DNA of 59,075 nucleotides, filler included. It is 6 parts of 6 records of this genome, joined end to end, with 100 filler letters (N's around TTAATTAATTAA, not from the genome) between each part and the next. Parts side by side here need not be neighbours in the genome. Positions count along the whole stretch, not along the records: positions 36,610 to 42,155 come from SRR31156797_17272; positions 42,256 to 59,075 come from SRR31156797_17274; 4 more parts are not named here. The stretch is one strand, 5' to 3'. A program made the position numbers and the translations under genes. Of the stretch, positions 37,018 to 47,228 are shown one piece after another (within the stretch, counting starts at the first letter, position 1; each line of letters begins with the position of its first letter). Under the pieces are notes generated by a model. That model ran no database searches. It was not told the DNA's origin and worked only from the letters and a program-made list of their open reading frames with translations.

Positions 37018-38226
37018 GGGACCCTTTCTTTTTTCCCGGCGGGGAGCGGAACCGATCAGTTTTAGACTCATATAGTCGAATTCCACCGGTTCCAGAATCA
37101 CCTCTTCCAAAAAATTCCCGAGTTTTCTGTTTCCCAGCAGGGGGCCGAGCTGATTGTCCTCCGCAAGCTCCTGTAACCGGCTTCCAAGCCAGTCGGGCGG
37201 AAGGGAGCGTTTGCGGTTGAATTCCTTCCTCAAGGGGGCCAGCCAGGAGGTGTACCGCTTCTCGGCATCTCTGACCGGTTTTATGTCGATCCCCCGGGGG
37301 CTGTAGAGCTGTTCCAGATGTTTCAGCAGTATATGAACTTCATCGGTAAGAGATATTTTATCCCTGAAGATCCGGTGAGGCATCTGATGGGGGATTTTTT
37401 CTGTCTGGAGAAGACGGTAGATCCGGGAGTAGAGAGCTTTTGTGTAGGAAGGATGGGGAGCCCCGGAGAGCCGGTTTTCTTCGTAGAGACGCGTGTACTC
37501 TCCTGTGAGACCCGGTCGAAACGTGTTCAGGGCTTTCATATAGGTCTCTTTCTGTATCCCCGGCCTTAAGGTCAGGGAGGCCGGGAGGATGTAATCGACC
37601 CTGGATTTGAGGGCGGCAAACAGTTCACCCAGTCTCTCTTCGGTATCCCAGAGGAGGGGGAGGAGGGGCATGGCGCATACCCCCGTCGGTATTCCCGCCG
37701 CCCGGGCTTTTTCGAGAAGGGCAAGCCGCTCTTCCACCGGAGAGGCTCCGGGTTCGAAGATCTTCCTTTCCTCCTCATTGAGGGTGCAGAGGGTAATGAG
37801 GAGGATAAACCCCGCTTTTTCGTTAATTTTCGTCATTAGTGTCAAATCCCGCTCGGGAAGGACACTTTTTGTCAGGACTATCGCCGGGAATCCTGTTTTA
37901 TGGATGAGTTCCAACGCCCCGGTCATAAGCCTCTCTTCGGCTTCGATCGGCTGGTAAGCATCGGTAACTCCCGATCCGGCGAGGATGTAGCCCGTCTCCC
38001 GGAGGAGGGGCAGTTCCTTTGCAAGCCGTTCCACCATATTACCGCGGATGACGATATCCGAACCAAAATCACCCGGGACGTAGTACTTTTCCGCCCTGCC
38101 GTCACAGTAGAGGCAGGCATGGGCGCAGGCGCGGTAGGGAGAGAAACTGTAGCGGTTACCGAAGTAGTAATCGGCGAGAGGAGACCGGCGGAGGACCTTT
38201 TTGACTTCTATCCGTGTGGTCTTCAT
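36997..38226 (-). CDS. Radical SAM protein, spore-photoproduct-lyase-like (Rv2578c-type) family
   Basis: SPYRACAHACLYCDG (CxxxCxxC), TDAYQPIE, LTKS, FEPGASPVEERL. Confidence 0.88.
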   Translation of the reverse strand: MKTTRIEVKKVLRRSPLADYYFGNRYSFSPYRACAHACLYCDGRAEKYYVPGDFGSDIVIRGNMVERLAKELPLLRETGYILAGSGVTDAYQPIEAEERLMTGALELIHKTGFPAIVLTKSVLPERDLTLMTKINEKAGFILLITLCTLNEEERKIFEPGASPVEERLALLEKARAAGIPTGVCAMPLLPLLWDTEERLGELFAALKSRVDYILPASLTLRPGIQKETYMKALNTFRPGLTGEYTRLYEENRLSGAPHPSYTKALYSRIYRLLQTEKIPHQMPHRIFRDKISLTDEVHILLKHLEQLYSPRGIDIKPVRDAEKRYTSWLAPLRKEFNRKRSLPPDWLGSRLQELAEDNQLGPLLGNRKLGNFLEEVILEPVEFDYMSLKLIGSAPRREKRKGPSDLNFI

Positions 38227-38234
38227 TTTCTGTC

Positions 38235-39443
38235 CTAAAAGGCGATGCCCGGGAAGAGGGTGGTCAGGATGTACCGGGAGAGGATGTCGCTGCCGGCCCG
38301 GGCATAGTGAACGCCGTCGGTGGCGCGAATTCTGACCTGCCGTTCCCCGATGATCTTGTACTCCAGATATTTGCCCTCCTCATTTCCCATAACGGTTTCA
38401 ATCGGCAGGTAGGAGATCTCCTGTTCCCGGCAGATTTCCGAGATTCTGTTATTATGTCCTACCATTTTTGCGGAGTAGGATTTTTTAAGCATCGGCGGGA
38501 TCCCTACCCAGTATATCCGGGAGCCGTCGGACTTCATCTTCTGGATCAGATTCTCCGCCCGTTCCCGGTAGATCTCCTCCCATCTTTCAGTGCCGTATTC
38601 CCAGCGTTTTCCGTCCTCAACGATGGCCTGGGCGGCGTTCGCCCCCATCATAAGGATAATGATATCGAAATGTTTCTGTTCCAGAACCTGATCCAGCTCT
38701 TTGAACCACTCATCGAATACGGGATTGGAGAGGTTTGCGGAGACCTTCCCGTGTTTGACCAGCTCCAGGTCGTCCCTGCGGTTCACCAGGGGTACGAAGG
38801 CTGTTCCGCAGGAGTTGGCCAGGGAGTCGCCCATTAGGAGGATCGTTTCTCCCCGGGGTATCTCCTTTATCAGAGGGGGCTGGGGGTCCGGGACGCTCTC
38901 TATTGCCGAAGCCGGCGTTTCGACCAGAAGAGAGGTTCCCTGAAGGGCGGCCAGGACGGCCGAATTTCCCGGGATCTCCCCTGCTGCGACCGAATCCTGA
39001 GGAACCGGCAATTCCGTCGTCATTTCCGTGGATTGATCCGCCGAAGGTTCGGGGGCTGTCGGGACGGCCTGAACCACCTTGATTTCATCCTGGAGCTCCT
39101 CCCTGTTGAAAAGAGTTCTGACGCTTCCGATCCACTGGGTTGCGATTGTGGTGATAAAGTCACCCGTTTCCGGGAGATACTCCTCCATGATCCTATCGAA
39201 GGGGATTTCCCTGTATTCATGGAAGGCTGTTTTTGCTTCCGGGACCATTCCCTCCACTCCGGCGGTCAGGGAAAAGGATTCCAGGGGGGTGAAGATCAGC
39301 TGGAAAAGGATCCGCGGCCGCTTGGCCTCGATCTCCCGACCCCAGCGCTGCAGTTCACGGATCCCGAAAACCGAATAGAAAAGACCTGCAAGAATGAGAA
39401 CAATAAGTATTTTTTGCCAGTTGGTCAGTTTTTCCTCTTTCAC
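38235..39443 (-). CDS. Membrane-anchored SGNH hydrolase/O-acetyltransferase (DUF459-like)
   Basis: N-terminal TM; SGNH blocks GDSLA, MGANA, WVGIPPM, DGVH; immediately downstream of the MBOAT gene. Confidence 0.8.
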   Translation of the reverse strand: MKEEKLTNWQKILIVLILAGLFYSVFGIRELQRWGREIEAKRPRILFQLIFTPLESFSLTAGVEGMVPEAKTAFHEYREIPFDRIMEEYLPETGDFITTIATQWIGSVRTLFNREELQDEIKVVQAVPTAPEPSADQSTEMTTELPVPQDSVAAGEIPGNSAVLAALQGTSLLVETPASAIESVPDPQPPLIKEIPRGETILLMGDSLANSCGTAFVPLVNRRDDLELVKHGKVSANLSNPVFDEWFKELDQVLEQKHFDIIILMMGANAAQAIVEDGKRWEYGTERWEEIYRERAENLIQKMKSDGSRIYWVGIPPMLKKSYSAKMVGHNNRISEICREQEISYLPIETVMGNEEGKYLEYKIIGERQVRIRATDGVHYARAGSDILSRYILTTLFPGIAF

Positions 39444-39451
39444 CTCAATTC

Positions 39452-40858
39452 CTAAAATTGAAAATAGATAAACGGCGCCACTCCCTTGGGAGAGAGCATA
39501 TGAAGACCCAGGAGAAATGCCCCGAAAAGAATCCCCTGAACAAGCACAGGCAGTCTGGCATTTATCTTTCCGACTCCGGTTTTCAGCCCCGGGGGAAAGT
39601 ACTGCATCAGAAGACTCCAGAGAAGAAGGAGAATCACAAAGGGGGATAGTATTCCTGCTGCTTCCTGCCCTCCGGCAAACCCCTTTAAAAATTCGATGGC
39701 TGTCCTAAGATTGGGAGCCCGGAAAAAAATCCAGCAGAGGCAGACGAAATTGAAAACGGCGACCCGTTTGAGGAGACGGCCGAAAAATCCGTTTATTTTC
39801 GTAGCGGTGCCGAGCGCTCTCTCCAGGGCCTGAGCCCCGCCGTGAAGGGTGCCCCAGATGACAAAATTCCAGGCGGCGCCGTGCCATAATCCTCCCAGGA
39901 CCATTGTAATCATCAGGTTCCTGTATGTTTTTCTCTTACTGCCCCGGGAGCCGCCCAGGGGGAGGTAGAGATAATCCCGCAGCCAGCTGGAGAGGCTGAT
40001 ATGCCAGCGCCTCCAGAAATCCTGAAAACTCGAAGCCCTGTAAGGCTGGTTGAAGTTTTCAGGAAATTTATAGCCTAATAGGGCGGCAATGCCGATGGCG
40101 ATATCACTGTAGGCCGAAAAGTCGCAAAAAATCTGAAAGGCATAACCGTAAACTCCCAGAAGCAGTTCCAGGGGGGAGTAGACTGAAGGGTCCAGGAAGA
40201 CAGGATCCACCAGAAGGACGGCCAGGTAGTTGGCTATCACCGTTTTTTTAAAGAGTCCCGAAGCAATCCTGACAAAGGCCGTCCCCGCGGGAATCTGGTC
40301 TTCGGCGGGGTTTGTATCCAGCTGGGGAAGGAAGACCGACGCCCGGACGATGGGGCCGGCCACCAGTTGGGGGAAGAAGGAGACATAGAGGAGGACATCC
40401 CCTGCGGATTCCCGGGCGTGTATCTCTCCCCGGTAGACATCGATCACGTAGCTCATGGCCTGGAAGGTAAAAAAGGAGATTCCCACCGGCAGAATAACCG
40501 GCAGAATCCTTAACGAGGGATCGATTCCGAAGAAGAGAGCTGTATTGGTAACGGAATTCATAAAGAAGCCGTAGTACTTAAAAAAGAAGAGGATTCCCAG
40601 GTTTATGATGACCGCTCCGGCCAGCCAGCGTTTTTTAACCTTCCTGTATTTAGCGTTGGAGATTCCCAGGGCCATAATGTAGTTGAAAAAGGAGCAGGAG
40701 AAGAGGAGGGCTGTAAAACGCCAGTCCCAGAAACCGAAGAATATGTAAGAGGCCAGGACGAGAAACCATTTTCTCTTTTCCGGAAAACGGATCAGCATCC
40801 AGGATAGAAAGAATACGATGAAAAAGAAAATGCCAAACTCAATGGTCGGGAAAAGCAT
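39452..40858 (-). CDS. MBOAT O-acyltransferase (AlgI/PatA/DltB family)
   Basis: LPVGISFFTFQAMSY, FFPQLVAGPIVR, DFSAYSDIAIG, FWRRWHISLSSWLRDYLY, GLWHGA, C-terminal FIYFQF. Confidence 0.95.
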   Translation of the reverse strand: MLFPTIEFGIFFFIVFFLSWMLIRFPEKRKWFLVLASYIFFGFWDWRFTALLFSCSFFNYIMALGISNAKYRKVKKRWLAGAVIINLGILFFFKYYGFFMNSVTNTALFFGIDPSLRILPVILPVGISFFTFQAMSYVIDVYRGEIHARESAGDVLLYVSFFPQLVAGPIVRASVFLPQLDTNPAEDQIPAGTAFVRIASGLFKKTVIANYLAVLLVDPVFLDPSVYSPLELLLGVYGYAFQIFCDFSAYSDIAIGIAALLGYKFPENFNQPYRASSFQDFWRRWHISLSSWLRDYLYLPLGGSRGSKRKTYRNLMITMVLGGLWHGAAWNFVIWGTLHGGAQALERALGTATKINGFFGRLLKRVAVFNFVCLCWIFFRAPNLRTAIEFLKGFAGGQEAAGILSPFVILLLLWSLLMQYFPPGLKTGVGKINARLPVLVQGILFGAFLLGLHMLSPKGVAPFIYFQF

Positions 40859-42102
40859 CAGGAGGTCCGCCGTCCCTTTCTTCTCAGAATCATACCCGAT
40901 GATACCATAAAACCGGTGAGTGAGAGGAGACTCAAAAAGAAAACCGCCCCCGGAACCCCGGCGTGCTGATAGACCAAACCTCCGATATAGGAGCCGAAGG
41001 CTGCTCCGGCGGTGAGGACTCCCTCATGGACGGCCATCCGGCCACCCCGGTTTGTAACCATGGCACAGCCGTGGAAGATTGAGTTATTGTAGGCGGCGGT
41101 GAAGATCAGTCCGAAGAGGGTGAGGGTCAGGATGTAGGGAACGAGGGAGCCTTCTCCCGAAAGCAGGATGAGGGGGAGAAAGATAATGATCCCCTGGGTT
41201 ATCACAAGCCATCGGCGGTTGAAATGCCATTTAACAGTTTTGCCCAGAAGGGTAAATCCGAGAAGGGAGGCGATCCCCCGGATAAAGAGAAGGTTTCCTG
41301 CGGTCTGTTCCGAAAAGCCCAGGCCGTTCCGGATTTCCAGTGGGATAATGTTGATAACCACTCCCAGAAAGGCGTAGGCCGTGAAAATTCCGACCCAGGA
41401 GGGAAAACGGAGTGGAGAGCCTGTTTCTTCAAGCGCTGTAGAGTCTCCGGCTGCCGGGGCTTTTTCCATTCGGGAGGGTCCGGTCTTTCTTTCGGTACGG
41501 GTCTGACGCATTTCCCTGTTGATAAGGGTTGAGGCTGCCAGAAAGAGGGTGAGGCCGCCGAAACTGGCAATGTACATGAAGAAGGCGAACATGGGGCCCT
41601 GGGAGTAGAGGATTCCGGATATAACCGGTCCCAGGAGGGCTCCGATTGACCAGGCCTGATTGAACCGGCCCAGATCTTTGTTCAGCTTTTCACCTTCGAG
41701 GCCACGGGTGATCCAGCCCATCAGAGGGGGCCAATAGAAGGCTGTGGTCCATTGAAGGACCGCCCAGGCGGCGGCCGTCAGGATCGGACTGGGACTGAAC
41801 CAGATTGTAAGGGCGGCTATGGTCATTGTCAGGGTGGCCAGGGGAATGCAGAAGCGAATATCGATACGTTCACCTACCCTCCGGAAGAATTCACATCCGG
41901 CCATATAGGAGCCGTATCCCAGGGCGAGGAAGAGACCAATGGTGCCGGCACCGAAGGAAAAGCGGTCGGAAAGGAGAAAGATCAGGCCGAAACCTATGCC
42001 GAATATAGTGGTTGCCATAATAAAAGTGGCTGTAAACAGGATGTGGTTCTTTCGCATACGCCTCTGCCCGGGATTCTTGAATTCAGCACTCAGAATATTC
42101 AT
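40858..42102 (-). CDS. Major facilitator superfamily transporter
   Basis: About 12 hydrophobic segments in two halves separated by a polar linker; start could be the downstream ATG (MRKNHILF). Confidence 0.82.
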   Translation of the reverse strand: MNILSAEFKNPGQRRMRKNHILFTATFIMATTIFGIGFGLIFLLSDRFSFGAGTIGLFLALGYGSYMAGCEFFRRVGERIDIRFCIPLATLTMTIAALTIWFSPSPILTAAAWAVLQWTTAFYWPPLMGWITRGLEGEKLNKDLGRFNQAWSIGALLGPVISGILYSQGPMFAFFMYIASFGGLTLFLAASTLINREMRQTRTERKTGPSRMEKAPAAGDSTALEETGSPLRFPSWVGIFTAYAFLGVVINIIPLEIRNGLGFSEQTAGNLLFIRGIASLLGFTLLGKTVKWHFNRRWLVITQGIIIFLPLILLSGEGSLVPYILTLTLFGLIFTAAYNNSIFHGCAMVTNRGGRMAVHEGVLTAGAAFGSYIGGLVYQHAGVPGAVFFLSLLSLTGFMVSSGMILRRKGRRTS

Positions 42103-42155
42103 ATTTTTGAAATTAATCTATATATCAGAAGAAATAAAAACCGGACCCGAAGGCC

Positions 42156-42255
42156 NNNNNNNNNNNNNNNNNNNNNNNNNNNNNNNNNNNNNNNNNNNNT
42201 TAATTAATTAANNNNNNNNNNNNNNNNNNNNNNNNNNNNNNNNNNNNNNNNNNNN
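42156..42255. other. Artificial contig spacer
   Basis: N-run with TTAATTAATTAA. Confidence 0.99.
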
Positions 42256-44225
42256 CCTGTTGCCCTTTTGAAGAGAATGCTGCTGTATTTTTCAGAGATA
42301 TTGAGATAAAGGGCTATATCAGTGAGGCTGATGTCCCGTCGGTAGTTGGTTTGAATGTATTTCAGGACCTCCTCGGCAATCTGATTGTTTCGGTTGAGCT
42401 TCTCGCGAATGGTCGTTTCCATCAGCTCCAGAAAAAGCCCTTTCAATCGGTCTTTCAGGAGCGGCGTTTCGTTCATCTCCAAAAGTTCGCCTATCAGCTT
42501 TTCTGCGTCTTCAGGCTCTTCTATCTCCGTCTGCCACTCCTGACGGATCCGATTCAGTGAGGCGCAGAGCGAAAGCAGAAAATTCCTTCTTTTGCGCGGT
42601 TCCATTCTCCTGTTGGTCAGATTTTCATCGATCAGCAGATCCAGGACAGCTTCCACTTCCTCCCTGTTTCCCCCCAGGGCTCCGTTGACCAGTCTGTTTT
42701 CCAGTTTCAGAGGGAAATAATAGTCCCTGTCTCCCAGCCCTTCCAGATCTACCTTTCTGATAATCTGACGCAGTCCCAGGGAGTTGCGAAAGTCCATGAT
42801 ACGGCAGGCTTCCTTGAAGGAGCGACTGATCTGAAGTAAATCCTCAACCGGCTCTCCCAGAGCTGCGAAGGCCAGGATTGAATTCCCATCCTCCATACCT
42901 TCGATAATCTGTTTGAGCAGCATCTCTTTTCTATCGGAGGGGAGATCGGGAAAGATCAGGACGAAGCTGTCATGGTCGATGTCAACAAAAACGCAGGGGC
43001 CATCACCGCCGCAGAACCGGCGTACTTTCCCCTTGATCTCTTCGGGTATATAAGGGGCTTCCCCTTCCTTCTCCATATGAAAGAGAACAGCCTGACAACT
43101 GTCATCGGGGGGGAGGAGACTCAGGCTGTCCTTCAGCTCTCCGTTCCGGATGCCGTAGAGCATATCCTTGTAGTACTTCTCACGCAGAATCTCAGAGTTG
43201 GCGCTGATCTCCCTTGCTTTGGAGCGGAAAAACTCAAACTCATCCAGAGCTTTTATCTCTTCTTCTTCTGTGGAGAAGGCGCCCAGAATCGAAAGTATGG
43301 GGTTGTAAAGGATCTGTGTGAGTTTCCAGGCTGTCAGCAGGCTGAGGCCGATCCCCAGAATCCAGAGGAGGATGAAACTGTAGAGGTAGGGAGGAATTTT
43401 CACTTCCTGTTGGGGGAGCAGATAGATATAGTTCCAGTCTGATACCCGGGAGGCAACACGGTATTCGCCTTCCCCCGTCTGCCTGCTGTATTCCAGGGGG
43501 GCGTCCCTATCCAGGGGGGATCTCGGAAGATCGCCGGGTCGGGAAGGGAAGGAGGCTGTTCCCGTCAGGATCTTCCCTGTGTTCTTCTCTATAAACCAAT
43601 CCCCGCTCATCTCAGCCGGCGAAGAGAGGAAGCTGTTCTGATCTATCATAAGATAGATAAAGATGTCTCTGTCCCCATAGCTTATCATATGGATCGTATT
43701 GATCGAGAGTCCGTTCTTCACCAATCCCGTCAGGCTTTTTCTCCTCACGAAGCCCACACCGGACTGCAGTTCCTTTTCCATATCGTCGGAGCTTATTTCG
43801 GGGATGCCCAGTCTCTGTTTATAGAAGGATGCTTTATCCATGCTGCTGTCCCGGGAGATCACAGAATAACCGGGGCCGGCAAATGACACGGCGACATCGT
43901 AGCCTATAGAGACCAGGCTCTGCACATTGCGGCGCAGCTCTTCCTGGATAAGAAGGGAGTTGTAGTAGTACTCCTTCCCACCCGAATAGGCCCAGCCTTC
44001 CAGACGGTGAGAGGTGAGGATGGCATTTAGGGCGGACAGGGCGATATTGAGCTGAAGGTCCAGCTGCTGGGTACGGGAGAGGATCATCGCCTCCAGGTTG
44101 TGACGGTTTTCTCTGCGTATGGACTGGCTCACCTGTATATACAGAACGCTTGTCAGGGCGGTCATCAGTATGAGAATGAGGGTAGAGTATATCAAAAAAA
44201 TTTTATTTCGATAACGATTCCGCAT
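42256..44225 (-). CDS. Membrane-anchored AraC-family regulator (YesS-like), 3'-truncated
   Basis: TM - extracytoplasmic domain - TM, then cytoplasmic region ending in AraC HTH YIQTNYRRDISLTDIALYLNISEKYSSILFK. Confidence 0.88.
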
Positions 44226-44310
44226 CTAATGAATTTATCCCATGTCCGGTGCTTCCGCAATCAATAAACGATATCAGATTCTCCTGCTGCGATTGTAACA
44301 GGAATCTTCC

Positions 44311-45714
44311 CTAAGGGACTTCGAGCGGAAGGAAATCCCCCTGTTCCGAGCGGCGGCGCCTGCAGCGCCGGCGCAGAAGATGTATCGTCTCTGAATACGC
44401 GGGGCTCCGGGCCAGATTGATCCGTTCGTCGGGATCCGTATGAAGATGGTAAAGCTCCTCCTCATCGCCCGGAGACCAGATATACTTCCACTCTCCCGTT
44501 ACTAGCCCCCGACGGAAGTCGCCGTACCAGGAGATCCCGGAGAACTGTAGGAAATGGCTGAAATCTCCTTCGCGGAAGCTCTTTTCGGCAGTTGGCGAAT
44601 GATTCTTCAGGATCGGTTTCAGTGACAGACCCTCAAAACTCTTCTGGTCCTCCCGCAGACCAAAGAGCTCCGTCATCGTCGGAACTATATCCAAATGGGA
44701 GACCAGCGAGTCCGCAGATCCGGCGGGGTATCCGGGAACCCTGATCAGCAGGGGCACCCTGACCGCCTGTTCGTAGAGCTCCATCTTCTGATACATTCCG
44801 TGCTGGCCCATATGATCTCCATGATCAGAGCTGAAGAGGATGACCGTACTTTCCCAGAGCTTATTCCTCTTCAGGGACTCAAGTACCTTAGCGATCGCCT
44901 GGTCCGCCAGGTGGAGCAATCCCAGGTGGGCCGACCAGGCCTCCCTCCAGAGGGGCTCATCCATCCCTTCGCACAGCCGCGCGGGAACCGACCGGCGACG
45001 TCCCGCGGGCTCGCCTTCCGAGGGGATGCCCAGATCGTCGGGCAGGTCTAATTCTTCCGGCGGAAAGAGGTCATAGTAGGGGGCGGGCAGTACAAGGGGC
45101 GGGTGGGGGGCCCATAGGTTGAGGAAGAGGGCGAAGGGATTTCCTTTCCGCCCTTCCAGAAACTCTTCGGCCTGCCGGGCGAACCAGTTGTCTTTGAACC
45201 AGTATTCGTTCTCATCAAATAGACGGCGGCGGGGATTGGAGTAGCGCCTTTCCCGGATCTCTCCGTTCTCTTCGGGCATCAGGAAGAGGGTACGGCACCC
45301 TTCGGGCTCCCTTATCGTGATTCCCCCGGCCTCAAGACAGGCCTTGTAGTCCTCCTCGTCCTTCCAGAAGGCGAAAGGCAGCGACTCCTGTAAGGGGGGA
45401 AGGACCCGCACATGATGCACGCCCACATGGGCCACATCGTAACCAGCGTCGTAGAGACGGGAGTGGAGGGTTTTCTGCTCGCTGGCCGTTCGTCCCTCCC
45501 AGTCGTTGTAACATACCCCGTTTCTCAAAGGGGAGACCCCTGTGGCCAGGGCCGTTCTGGCCGGGACGCAGAGGGGACAGCAGTTATAGGCCCTGGTGAA
45601 GCGGGTAGACTCTTCGGACAGACGGTTCAGATGGGGAGTCACCTCCCGACCGCACTGCACCATGCCGAGGCTGTCGAATCTCTGATGGTCGGTCATGATA
45701 TGGAGGAGGTTCAA
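44311..45714 (-). CDS. Cys-type (formylglycine-dependent, S1) sulfatase
   Basis: NLLHIMTDHQR, CVPARTALATG (CxPxR), PHPP, SDHG..GQHG..QK; TTG start overlapping the upstream stop (TTGA) with GGAG RBS. Confidence 0.92.
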   Translation of the reverse strand: MNLLHIMTDHQRFDSLGMVQCGREVTPHLNRLSEESTRFTRAYNCCPLCVPARTALATGVSPLRNGVCYNDWEGRTASEQKTLHSRLYDAGYDVAHVGVHHVRVLPPLQESLPFAFWKDEEDYKACLEAGGITIREPEGCRTLFLMPEENGEIRERRYSNPRRRLFDENEYWFKDNWFARQAEEFLEGRKGNPFALFLNLWAPHPPLVLPAPYYDLFPPEELDLPDDLGIPSEGEPAGRRRSVPARLCEGMDEPLWREAWSAHLGLLHLADQAIAKVLESLKRNKLWESTVILFSSDHGDHMGQHGMYQKMELYEQAVRVPLLIRVPGYPAGSADSLVSHLDIVPTMTELFGLREDQKSFEGLSLKPILKNHSPTAEKSFREGDFSHFLQFSGISWYGDFRRGLVTGEWKYIWSPGDEEELYHLHTDPDERINLARSPAYSETIHLLRRRCRRRRSEQGDFLPLEVP

Positions 45715-47150
45715 GACCAGGCTCCGAAGGGATCGCCTATGGCCTTCAGCCGCTCTTTGAGCCGCAGCTCCATGGCCGGCGCCGGGCATTCGCCGGCGTC
45801 TCCGCCGGGCTGTTCTACCGGGACGGAGAGGATCAGAGGATTCATCTGGAAAGGATCAGCCGCCAGGTCATAGAGGTAACGTCGGGTCTCCTCTCCCGGG
45901 GCATAACCCCGGTGGATAACATAGCAGTGGCGCTCCGTCCGCAGTGCGCGCCAGCCGTAGGCCAGGTTGTTGAGCCCCTGCTCTTCGAAGACAGCCACCG
46001 CATTGGCACGCCCGGGGTAGGCCGCCAGGAGAGCGTCCTCCGGAAGCGCCTCATCCCCTTTTCCCATAATATGACCGGCATAGTCGAAGCCCTCCACGGC
46101 CCTACCGCATTTCACATCCATAAGGGAGAGCAGGGTGGGCAGATGGTCTGGGCTGTTCAACAGGGCGGCGCTCCGGCCGGGGGCCACCCGCCCCTTCCAG
46201 CGCAGGAGGAAGGGAATACCCACCGACTCCTCATACCAGACATGCTTGTGCATCAGCTTGTGGGAGCCCAGCATCTCCCCGTGGTCTGCGGAGAGGACTA
46301 CGATGGTGTCCTCCTCCAGCCCCTCTTCCTTCAGGTAGGCCAGCAGGCGTCCCACATGGTCGTCTATCCCCGTGACGGCGGCATAGTAGTTCTTCGTATC
46401 CTCCAGAAGCTCCTCCGGGCTCTTCTCTTCCCAGGGACCTGTGTGGTCCTTGACCTTACCGGCTCGGGCGTTCTGCCGGGGAGGGGCCTTCAGATCCTTG
46501 TAGAGGGCCTTGTACTTCTCCGGAACCTGATCGAAGGGGGTATGGGGAGGGTTATATGAGATAAACAGGGCGAAGGGAGTCTTTCTGTCCCGTTTCTTCA
46601 GGTAGTCTAGGGCCACATCCGTTTCATGGGCCACAGACCAACGGCCGGGTTTTATCTTCCTGTGGTCATCTCTCCAGTAGTGGGGATCCTTGTGATTGTC
46701 CATGGCCCCGTAGGAGTGCCAGTAGTCGAATCCCTGACGTCTTTCTCCCGGCGGTGTATAGACGTCCCAGCCCTCAGCTCCCGACAGGGGCTCGTCATTC
46801 AGATTCTGTTCCGGATAGTCCAGATGCCACTTGCCCAGATAGGCGGTACCATAGCCCTCCCGTTTCAAGCGGTTTCCGAAGGAATCCGGATCGGGGCGGA
46901 GGTAGACCTCCCGGGAGAGCCCCGTCTTGCAGTTGGTCCAGACCCCTGTATTCAGGGGATACTTACCGGTCATCAGGGAGGCCCGGTGGGGGGAACAAAG
47001 GGGACAGGCCGACAGGGCGTTATCGAAGACCAGGGACTCGGCGGCAAAACGGTCCATGCGGGGGGTATGGACTGGGTCCTCCCCCATGAATCCCAGGGCC
47101 TGACGCCTCCACTGGTCGGCAAAGATGTACAGCAGGTTCGGTTTTCTCAA
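45711..47150 (-). CDS. Cys-type sulfatase, resembles chondroitin/dermatan 4-O-sulfatases
   Basis: KPNLLYIFADQWR, CSPHRASLMTG, GKWHL, NPPH, ADHGE. DPVHTPR and WDVYTP..RRQGFDYWHSYG..HKDPHYW motifs recall Bacteroides GalNAc-4-O-sulfatases (from memory, not aligned). Confidence 0.9.
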   Translation of the reverse strand: MRKPNLLYIFADQWRRQALGFMGEDPVHTPRMDRFAAESLVFDNALSACPLCSPHRASLMTGKYPLNTGVWTNCKTGLSREVYLRPDPDSFGNRLKREGYGTAYLGKWHLDYPEQNLNDEPLSGAEGWDVYTPPGERRQGFDYWHSYGAMDNHKDPHYWRDDHRKIKPGRWSVAHETDVALDYLKKRDRKTPFALFISYNPPHTPFDQVPEKYKALYKDLKAPPRQNARAGKVKDHTGPWEEKSPEELLEDTKNYYAAVTGIDDHVGRLLAYLKEEGLEEDTIVVLSADHGEMLGSHKLMHKHVWYEESVGIPFLLRWKGRVAPGRSAALLNSPDHLPTLLSLMDVKCGRAVEGFDYAGHIMGKGDEALPEDALLAAYPGRANAVAVFEEQGLNNLAYGWRALRTERHCYVIHRGYAPGEETRRYLYDLAADPFQMNPLILSVPVEQPGGDAGECPAPAMELRLKERLKAIGDPFGAWS

Positions 47151-47228
47151 TATGTGTCTCCTTGTTCCCGGAATCGCGAGAGCGAGGGGAGCGCTCTCCT
47201 CCCGCAGAAAATCTTATCAGCCTCGGGG

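Noticed and set aside
14406-42255. Five identical N44-TTAATTAATTAA-N44 blocks that look like a repeat family, and the apparent mosaic of GC content
   Set aside because: Artificial concatenation linkers. The composition shifts reflect different organisms, not genomic islands, and ORFs containing X runs are artefacts.
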